A DNA stretch of 64,000 nt from the human T2T-CHM13v2.0 reference genome, Homo sapiens. Both the position numbers and the translations under genes were made by a program. Positions 54,001 to 64,000 of the stretch are shown piece by piece. The stretch lies in NCBI RefSeq assembly GCF_009914755.1, contig NC_060930.1; one strand, 5' to 3'. Below the pieces are notes generated by a model. It had not been told where the DNA came from. It was given only the letters and a program-made list of their open reading frames with translations, and searched no databases. The stretch's first letter is position 1. Each line of letters starts with the position of its first letter.

Positions 54001-57000
54001 AAACAACTTTGTGATGTGTGCGTTGAACTCACCGTCTTTAACCTTTCTTTTGGTAGAGAAGTTTTGAAACACTCTCTTTGTAAAGTCTACAAGTGGATAT
54101 TTTGAGCCCTTGGAGGCATTCTTTGGAAAAGGGAATGTCTTCACATAAAAGGCAGACGGAAGTGTTCTCAGAAACTGCTTTGTGATGTCTGTGTTCAACT
54201 CACAGAGTTTAACATTTCCTTTGATAGAGCGGTTTAGTAACCCTCTCTTTGTAGAATTTGGAAGTGTATACTAAGAGCGCTTTGAGGCCTATGGTAGAAA
54301 AGGAAATATCTTTCCATAAAAGCTAGACAGAAGCAATCTCAGAAACTCCTTTGCGATGTCTGCATTCAACTCACCGAGTGGAACATTCCTCTTGAGAGAG
54401 CAGTTTGGAAACACTCTTTCTGTAGAATCAGCTTGTTTGTATTTGGACCTCCTTGAGGCCTTCGTTGGAAACGGGTTTTCATCTTATAAACCCAGACAGA
54501 AGAATTCTCAGAGTCTTCTTTGTGATGTGTGCTTTCAACTCACCGAGATAAAGATTTCTCTTGATAGAGCAATTTGGAAACACTCTTTTTGTAGAATTTG
54601 CAAGGGTACATTGAGAGCGCTTTCAGGCCTATGGTAGAAAAGGGAATATCTTTCCATAAAAGGTAGACAGAAGCAATCTCAGAAACTACTTTGTGATGTG
54701 TGCATTCAACTCACCGAGTGCAACGTTCCTCTTGACCGAGCAGTTTGGAAACATTGTTTCTGTAGAATCTGCAAGTGGATATTTGGACCTCTTTGAGGCC
54801 TTCGTTGGAAACGGGATTTCTTCCTATAAACCCAGACAGAAGAATTCTCAGAGACTTCTTTGTGATGTGTGAATTCAACTCACAGTGTGGATCCTTCCTT
54901 TTGATAGAGCAGTTTTGAAACCCTGTTTTTGTAGTATTTCCAAGCGGATATTCGGAACGCCTTGAAGCGTATGGTAGAAAAGGAAATATCTTCCCATAAA
55001 ACCTAGACAGAACCAATCTCAGAAACGACTTTGTGATGTCTGCATTCAAGTCACAGAGTTGAACATTTCTCTTGATAGAGCAGTTTTGAAACCCTCTTTC
55101 TGAAGGATCTGCAAGTGGATATTTGGAACTCCTTTGGGTCTTCGTTGGAAACGGGATTTCTTCGTATAAATCTAGACAGAAGAATTCTCCGAAACTTCTT
55201 TGGTTGTGTGCATTCAAGTCACAGAGTGGAACCTTCCTTTGGATAGAGCAGTTTGAAACGCCGTGGTTGTAGTATTTCCAAGCGGATATTAGAGCGCCTT
55301 GAGGCCTATGGTAGAAAAGGAAATATCTTCCCATAAAACCTAGACGGAAGCAATCTCAGAAACTACTGTGTGATGGCTGCATTCCACACACACGGTGGAA
55401 CATTTCTCTTGATAGAGCAGTTTTGAAACACTCTTTCTGTAGAATCTGCAAGTGGATAATTGGACCGCCTTGAGGCCTTCGTTGGAAACGGGATTTCTTC
55501 ATGTTACTCTAGATAGAAGAATTCTCAAACACTGCTATGTGATGTTTGCATTCAAGTCACAGAGTGCAACATTCCTCTTGGTAGAGCAGTTGGGAAACAC
55601 TCCTTTTGTAGAATCTGCAATGGGATATTTGGACTTCTTTGAGGCCTTCGTTGGAAACGGGATTTCTTCGTATGAATCTAGACAGAAGAATTCTCAGAAA
55701 CTTCCTTGTGATGTGTGCATTCAACTCAGCGAGTGGCACCTTCCTTTGGATACAGCAGTTTTGAAACACTGTTTTTGTAGTATTTCCAAGCGGATATTTA
55801 GAGCGCCTTGAAGCCTATGCTAGAAATGGAAATATCTCCCCATAAAACCAAGACAGAAGCAATCTCAGAAACTAATGTGTGATGGCTGCATTCCACACAC
55901 ACGGTGGACCATTTCTCTTGATAGAGCAGTTTTGAAACACTCTTTCTGTAGAATCTGCAAGTGGATAATTGGACCTCCTAGAGGCCTTCGTTGGAAACGG
56001 GATTTCTTCATCTAAACCTACAGAGAAGAATTCTCAGTAACTTCTTCGGATGTGTGCATTCGACGCACAGAATGGAACATTCCCTTTGATAGAGCAGTTT
56101 TGAGACACCGTTTTTGTAGAATTCCCAAGTGGATATTTAGAGCACTTTGAAGTCTCTGCTAGAAAAGGAAACATCTTCATGTAAAAAGTAGATAGAATCG
56201 TTCTCAGAAAGTGCTTAGTGACGTGTGCGTTCAACTCACAGAGTTTAACGTTTCTTTTGATAGAGCGTTTCTGAAACACCCTTCTTGTAGTAGCTGCAAG
56301 TGGATATTTGGACCTATTGGAGGCCTTCTTTGGAAATGGGATTTCTTCATGTAACTCTAGATTGAAGAGTTCTCAGAAACTCCTTTGTGATGTGTGCATT
56401 CAATTCAAAGAGTGAAACCTCCCTTTTCACAGAGCAGTTTTGAAACACTGTTTTTGTAGGATTTCCAAGGGGATATTTATAGCGCATTGAGCCTACGGCG
56501 GAAAAAGAAACATCTTCCTATAAAAACTAGACAGAATACTTCTCAGAATCTGCTTTGCGATGTGTGCGTTCAACTCACAGAGTAAAACTTTTCTTTTGAT
56601 AGAGCAGTTTTGAAACACTCTTTTTGTAGTATTTGCATGTGTATATTTAGAGCGCATTGAAGCCCACAGTAGAAAAGGAAATAACTTCACCTAAAACCTA
56701 GACAGAAGCAATCTCAGAAACTACTTTGTGATGTGTACATTCAACTCACAGAGTGGAACTTTCCTCTTTATAGAGCAGTGTTGAAACACTCTTTTTGTAG
56801 AAACTGCAAGTGGATATTTGGACCTCTTTGAGGCCTTCGTTGGAAACGGGATTTCTTCCTATAACCCTAGACAGAAGAATTTTCAGAAACCTCATTGTGA
56901 TGTGTGCGTTCATCTCACAGAGTGGAGTCTTCCGTTTGATAGAGAAGTTTTGAAACCCTGTTCTTGTAGGATTTCCAAGTGGATATTTAGACCACTTTGA

Positions 57001-60000
57001 AGCCTATGATAGAAAAGGAAACATCTTCATGGAAAACATAGATAGAATCATCCTCAGAAACAACTTTGTGATGTGTGCGTTGAACTCACCGTCTTTAACC
57101 TTTCTTTTGGTAGAGAAGTTTTGAAACACTCTCTTTGTAAAGTCTACAAGTGGATATTTTGAGCCCTTGGAGGCATTCTTTGGAAAAGGGAATGTCTTCA
57201 CATAAAAGGCAGACGGAAGTGTTCTCAGAAACTGCTTTGTGATGTCTGTGTTCAACTCACAGAGTTTAACATTTCCTTTGATAGAGCGGTTTAGTAACCC
57301 TCTCTTTGTAGAATTTGGAAGTGTATACTAAGAGCGCTTTGAGGCCTATGGTAGAAAAGGAAATATCTTTCCATAAAAGCTAGACAGAAGCAATCTCAGA
57401 AACTCCTTTGCGATGTCTGCATTCAACTCACCGAGTGGAACATTCCTCTTGAGAGAGCAGTTTGGAAACACTCTTTCTGTAGAATCAGCTTGTTTGTATT
57501 TGGACCTCCTTGAGGCCTTCGTTGGAAACGGGTTTTCATCTTATAAACCCAGACAGAAGAATTCTCAGAGTCTTCTTTGTGATGTGTGCTTTCAACTCAC
57601 CGAGATAAAGATTTCTCTTGATAGAGCAATTTGGAAACACTCTTTTTGTAGAATTTGCAAGGGTACATTGAGAGCGCTTTCAGGCCTATGGTAGAAAAGG
57701 GAATATCTTTCCATAAAAGGTAGACAGAAGCAATCTCAGAAACTACTTTGTGATGTGTGCATTCAACTCACCGAGTGCAACGTTCCTCTTGACCGAGCAG
57801 TTTGGAAACATTGTTTCTGTAGAATCTGCAAGTGGATATTTGGACCTCTTTGAGGCCTTCGTTGGAAACGGGATTTCTTCCTATAAACCCAGACAGAAGA
57901 ATTCTCAGAGACTTCTTTGTGATGTGTGAATTCAACTCACAGTGTGGATCCTTCCTTTTGATAGAGCAGTTTTGAAACCCTGTTTTTGTAGTATTTCCAA
58001 GCGGATATTCGGAACGCCTTGAAGCGTATGGTAGAAAAGGAAATATCTTCCCATAAAACCTAGACAGAACCAATCTCAGAAACGACTTTGTGATGTCTGC
58101 ATTCAAGTCACAGAGTTGAACATTTCTCTTGATAGAGCAGTTTTGAAACCCTCTTTCTGAAGGATCTGCAAGTGGATATTTGGAACTCCTTTGGGTCTTC
58201 GTTGGAAACGGGATTTCTTCGTATAAATCTAGACAGAAGAATTCTCCGAAACTTCTTTGGTTGTGTGCATTCAAGTCACAGAGTGGAACCTTCCTTTGGA
58301 TAGAGCAGTTTGAAACGCCGTGGTTGTAGTATTTCCAAGCGGATATTAGAGCGCCTTGAGGCCTATGGTAGAAAAGGAAATATCTTCCCATAAAACCTAG
58401 ACGGAAGCAATCTCAGAAACTACTGTGTGATGGCTGCATTCCACACACACGGTGGAACATTTCTCTTGATAGAGCAGTTTTGAAACACTCTTTCTGTAGA
58501 ATCTGCAAGTGGATAATTGGACCGCCTTGAGGCCTTCGTTGGAAACGGGATTTCTTCATGTTACTCTAGATAGAAGAATTCTCAAACACTGCTATGTGAT
58601 GTTTGCATTCAAGTCACAGAGTGCAACATTCCTCTTGGTAGAGCAGTTGGGAAACACTCCTTTTGTAGAATCTGCAATGGGATATTTGGACTTCTTTGAG
58701 GCCTTCGTTGGAAACGGGATTTCTTCGTATGAATCTAGACAGAAGAATTCTCAGAAACTTCCTTGTGATGTGTGCATTCAACTCAGCGAGTGGCACCTTC
58801 CTTTGGATACAGCAGTTTTGAAACACTGTTTTTGTAGTATTTCCAAGCGGATATTTAGAGCGCCTTGAAGCCTATGCTAGAAATGGAAATATCTCCCCAT
58901 AAAACCAAGACAGAAGCAATCTCAGAAACTAATGTGTGATGGCTGCATTCCACACACACGGTGGACCATTTCTCTTGATAGAGCAGTTTTGAAACACTCT
59001 TTCTGTAGAATCTGCAAGTGGATAATTGGACCTCCTAGAGGCCTTCGTTGGAAACGGGATTTCTTCATCTAAACCTACAGAGAAGAATTCTCAGTAACTT
59101 CTTCGGATGTGTGCATTCGACGCACAGAATGGAACATTCCCTTTGATAGAGCAGTTTTGAGACACCGTTTTTGTAGAATTCCCAAGTGGATATTTAGAGC
59201 ACTTTGAAGTCTCTGCTAGAAAAGGAAACATCTTCATGTAAAAAGTAGATAGAATCGTTCTCAGAAAGTGCTTAGTGACGTGTGCGTTCAACTCACAGAG
59301 TTTAACGTTTCTTTTGATAGAGCGTTTCTGAAACACCCTTCTTGTAGTAGCTGCAAGTGGATATTTGGACCTATTGGAGGCCTTCTTTGGAAATGGGATT
59401 TCTTCATGTAACTCTAGATTGAAGAGTTCTCAGAAACTCCTTTGTGATGTGTGCATTCAATTCAAAGAGTGAAACCTCCCTTTTCACAGAGCAGTTTTGA
59501 AACACTGTTTTTGTAGGATTTCCAAGGGGATATTTATAGCGCATTGAGCCTACGGCGGAAAAAGAAACATCTTCCTATAAAAACTAGACAGAATACTTCT
59601 CAGAATCTGCTTTGCGATGTGTGCGTTCAACTCACAGAGTAAAACTTTTCTTTTGATAGAGCAGTTTTGAAACACTCTTTTTGTAGTATTTGCATGTGTA
59701 TATTTAGAGCGCATTGAAGCCCACAGTAGAAAAGGAAATAACTTCACCTAAAACCTAGACAGAAGCAATCTCAGAAACTACTTTGTGATGTGTACATTCA
59801 ACTCACAGAGTGGAACTTTCCTCTTTATAGAGCAGTGTTGAAACACTCTTTTTGTAGAAACTGCAAGTGGATATTTGGACCTCTTTGAGGCCTTCGTTGG
59901 AAACGGGATTTCTTCCTATAACCCTAGACAGAAGAATTTTCAGAAACCTCATTGTGATGTGTGCGTTCATCTCACAGAGTGGAGTCTTCCGTTTGATAGA

Positions 60001-63000
60001 GAAGTTTTGAAACCCTGTTCTTGTAGGATTTCCAAGTGGATATTTAGACCACTTTGAAGCCTATGATAGAAAAGGAAACATCTTCATGGAAAACATAGAT
60101 AGAATCATCCTCAGAAACAACTTTGTGATGTGTGCGTTGAACTCACCGTCTTTAACCTTTCTTTTGGTAGAGAAGTTTTGAAACACTCTCTTTGTAAAGT
60201 CTACAAGTGGATATTTTGAGCCCTTGGAGGCATTCTTTGGAAAAGGGAATGTCTTCACATAAAAGGCAGACGGAAGTGTTCTCAGAAACTGCTTTGTGAT
60301 GTCTGTGTTCAACTCACAGAGTTTAACATTTCCTTTGATAGAGCGGTTTAGTAACCCTCTCTTTGTAGAATTTGGAAGTGTATACTAAGAGCGCTTTGAG
60401 GCCTATGGTAGAAAAGGAAATATCTTTCCATAAAAGCTAGACAGAAGCAATCTCAGAAACTCCTTTGCGATGTCTGCATTCAACTCACCGAGTGGAACAT
60501 TCCTCTTGAGAGAGCAGTTTGGAAACACTCTTTCTGTAGAATCAGCTTGTTTGTATTTGGACCTCCTTGAGGCCTTCGTTGGAAACGGGTTTTCATCTTA
60601 TAAACCCAGACAGAAGAATTCTCAGAGTCTTCTTTGTGATGTGTGCTTTCAACTCACCGAGATAAAGATTTCTCTTGATAGAGCAATTTGGAAACACTCT
60701 TTTTGTAGAATTTGCAAGGGTACATTGAGAGCGCTTTCAGGCCTATGGTAGAAAAGGGAATATCTTTCCATAAAAGGTAGACAGAAGCAATCTCAGAAAC
60801 TACTTTGTGATGTGTGCATTCAACTCACCGAGTGCAACGTTCCTCTTGACCGAGCAGTTTGGAAACATTGTTTCTGTAGAATCTGCAAGTGGATATTTGG
60901 ACCTCTTTGAGGCCTTCGTTGGAAACGGGATTTCTTCCTATAAACCCAGACAGAAGAATTCTCAGAGACTTCTTTGTGATGTGTGAATTCAACTCACAGT
61001 GTGGATCCTTCCTTTTGATAGAGCAGTTTTGAAACCCTGTTTTTGTAGTATTTCCAAGCGGATATTCGGAACGCCTTGAAGCGTATGGTAGAAAAGGAAA
61101 TATCTTCCCATAAAACCTAGACAGAACCAATCTCAGAAACGACTTTGTGATGTCTGCATTCAAGTCACAGAGTTGAACATTTCTCTTGATAGAGCAGTTT
61201 TGAAACCCTCTTTCTGAAGGATCTGCAAGTGGATATTTGGAACTCCTTTGGGTCTTCGTTGGAAACGGGATTTCTTCGTATAAATCTAGACAGAAGAATT
61301 CTCCGAAACTTCTTTGGTTGTGTGCATTCAAGTCACAGAGTGGAACCTTCCTTTGGATAGAGCAGTTTGAAACGCCGTGGTTGTAGTATTTCCAAGCGGA
61401 TATTAGAGCGCCTTGAGGCCTATGGTAGAAAAGGAAATATCTTCCCATAAAACCTAGACGGAAGCAATCTCAGAAACTACTGTGTGATGGCTGCATTCCA
61501 CACACACGGTGGAACATTTCTCTTGATAGAGCAGTTTTGAAACACTCTTTCTGTAGAATCTGCAAGTGGATAATTGGACCGCCTTGAGGCCTTCGTTGGA
61601 AACGGGATTTCTTCATGTTACTCTAGATAGAAGAATTCTCAAACACTGCTATGTGATGTTTGCATTCAAGTCACAGAGTGCAACATTCCTCTTGGTAGAG
61701 CAGTTGGGAAACACTCCTTTTGTAGAATCTGCAATGGGATATTTGGACTTCTTTGAGGCCTTCGTTGGAAACGGGATTTCTTCGTATGAATCTAGACAGA
61801 AGAATTCTCAGAAACTTCCTTGTGATGTGTGCATTCAACTCAGCGAGTGGCACCTTCCTTTGGATACAGCAGTTTTGAAACACTGTTTTTGTAGTATTTC
61901 CAAGCGGATATTTAGAGCGCCTTGAAGCCTATGCTAGAAATGGAAATATCTCCCCATAAAACCAAGACAGAAGCAATCTCAGAAACTAATGTGTGATGGC
62001 TGCATTCCACACACACGGTGGACCATTTCTCTTGATAGAGCAGTTTTGAAACACTCTTTCTGTAGAATCTGCAAGTGGATAATTGGACCTCCTAGAGGCC
62101 TTCGTTGGAAACGGGATTTCTTCATCTAAACCTACAGAGAAGAATTCTCAGTAACTTCTTCGGATGTGTGCATTCGACGCACAGAATGGAACATTCCCTT
62201 TGATAGAGCAGTTTTGAGACACCGTTTTTGTAGAATTCCCAAGTGGATATTTAGAGCACTTTGAAGTCTCTGCTAGAAAAGGAAACATCTTCATGTAAAA
62301 AGTAGATAGAATCGTTCTCAGAAAGTGCTTAGTGACGTGTGCGTTCAACTCACAGAGTTTAACGTTTCTTTTGATAGAGCGTTTCTGAAACACCCTTCTT
62401 GTAGTAGCTGCAAGTGGATATTTGGACCTATTGGAGGCCTTCTTTGGAAATGGGATTTCTTCATGTAACTCTAGATTGAAGAGTTCTCAGAAACTCCTTT
62501 GTGATGTGTGCATTCAATTCAAAGAGTGAAACCTCCCTTTTCACAGAGCAGTTTTGAAACACTGTTTTTGTAGGATTTCCAAGGGGATATTTATAGCGCA
62601 TTGAGCCTACGGCGGAAAAAGAAACATCTTCCTATAAAAACTAGACAGAATACTTCTCAGAATCTGCTTTGCGATGTGTGCGTTCAACTCACAGAGTAAA
62701 ACTTTTCTTTTGATAGAGCAGTTTTGAAACACTCTTTTTGTAGTATTTGCATGTGTATATTTAGAGCGCATTGAAGCCCACAGTAGAAAAGGAAATAACT
62801 TCACCTAAAACCTAGACAGAAGCAATCTCAGAAACTACTTTGTGATGTGTACATTCAACTCACAGAGTGGAACTTTCCTCTTTATAGAGCAGTGTTGAAA
62901 CACTCTTTTTGTAGAAACTGCAAGTGGATATTTGGACCTCTTTGAGGCCTTCGTTGGAAACGGGATTTCTTCCTATAACCCTAGACAGAAGAATTTTCAG

Positions 63001-64000
63001 AAACCTCATTGTGATGTGTGCGTTCATCTCACAGAGTGGAGTCTTCCGTTTGATAGAGAAGTTTTGAAACCCTGTTCTTGTAGGATTTCCAAGTGGATAT
63101 TTAGACCACTTTGAAGCCTATGATAGAAAAGGAAACATCTTCATGGAAAACATAGATAGAATCATCCTCAGAAACAACTTTGTGATGTGTGCGTTGAACT
63201 CACCGTCTTTAACCTTTCTTTTGGTAGAGAAGTTTTGAAACACTCTCTTTGTAAAGTCTACAAGTGGATATTTTGAGCCCTTGGAGGCATTCTTTGGAAA
63301 AGGGAATGTCTTCACATAAAAGGCAGACGGAAGTGTTCTCAGAAACTGCTTTGTGATGTCTGTGTTCAACTCACAGAGTTTAACATTTCCTTTGATAGAG
63401 CGGTTTAGTAACCCTCTCTTTGTAGAATTTGGAAGTGTATACTAAGAGCGCTTTGAGGCCTATGGTAGAAAAGGAAATATCTTTCCATAAAAGCTAGACA
63501 GAAGCAATCTCAGAAACTCCTTTGCGATGTCTGCATTCAACTCACCGAGTGGAACATTCCTCTTGAGAGAGCAGTTTGGAAACACTCTTTCTGTAGAATC
63601 AGCTTGTTTGTATTTGGACCTCCTTGAGGCCTTCGTTGGAAACGGGTTTTCATCTTATAAACCCAGACAGAAGAATTCTCAGAGTCTTCTTTGTGATGTG
63701 TGCTTTCAACTCACCGAGATAAAGATTTCTCTTGATAGAGCAATTTGGAAACACTCTTTTTGTAGAATTTGCAAGGGTACATTGAGAGCGCTTTCAGGCC
63801 TATGGTAGAAAAGGGAATATCTTTCCATAAAAGGTAGACAGAAGCAATCTCAGAAACTACTTTGTGATGTGTGCATTCAACTCACCGAGTGCAACGTTCC
63901 TCTTGACCGAGCAGTTTGGAAACATTGTTTCTGTAGAATCTGCAAGTGGATATTTGGACCTCTTTGAGGCCTTCGTTGGAAACGGGATTTCTTCCTATAA

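Larger units (their letters stand above)
1..64000 (+). repeat. D6Z1: Centromeric alpha satellite higher-order repeat array, 18-mer, 3057 bp unit, ~20.9 tandem copies; most likely human chr6 active array D6Z1 (SF1)
   Basis: Classic alphoid motifs recur every ~170 bp (cattcaactcacagag, ttttgatagagcagttttgaaacactc, agacagaagcaatctcagaaact). The ORF track repeats with an exact 3057 bp offset (426, 3483, 6540 ... 61566), and 3057/18 = ~170 bp. There is one BamHI site per unit. Alpha satellite identity is near certain. The D6Z1 name rests on recalled knowledge that chr6 carries a ~3 kb BamHI 18-mer. Confidence 0.93.

Noticed and set aside
426-63808. All ORFs of 60-207 aa in the ORF track (e.g. 2742..3365 minus strand, 207 aa; 426..785 plus strand, 119 aa)
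   Set aside because: They are translations of alpha satellite monomers, repeated every 3057 bp, overlapping on both strands, with internal ~57 aa periodicity and no recognisable domain. Several begin at GTG/TTG. One is truncated by a point mutation (21342) and others appear only through point mutations (20062, 26503).
1-64000. Possible mobile element insertion, inversion or shortened HOR variant
   Set aside because: The period stays at exactly 3057 bp and the orientation is constant throughout; no Alu, L1, poly-A tail or target-site duplication was seen.
1-64000. A novel, previously undescribed biological system
   Set aside because: Everything visible is explained by known alpha satellite HOR biology. 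Only fine-scale evolutionary structure is potentially unreported.

Overview
The whole 64 kb window is non-coding, head-to-tail centromeric alpha satellite: ~171 bp monomers organised as a very homogeneous 3057 bp higher-order repeat (HOR) of 18 monomers, with 20 complete copies plus one partial copy (20.9 copies). The 18-mer/3057 bp unit, one BamHI site per unit and the A/B (pJalpha-box/CENP-B-box) dimeric structure best match the active human chromosome 6 centromere array D6Z1 (SF1, S1C6H1L). That assignment is from recall, not from a search. Each unit carries 7 intact and 2 degenerate CENP-B boxes. There are no genes, insertions, inversions or HOR length variants, and every ORF in the track is a chance reading frame repeated each 3057 bp. 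I do not see a previously undescribed biological system. What is worth a second look: (i) an internal 3-monomer duplication and two breaks in the A/B alternation inside the HOR; (ii) 11 variable positions found by eye, mostly at CpGs, all within the first ~39.3 kb, followed by an apparently invariant ~24 kb block; (iii) shared variants that suggest multi-HOR duplications; (iv) a single-copy CENP-B box knockout. Variants were called by eye and with the ORF track, so some may have been missed.
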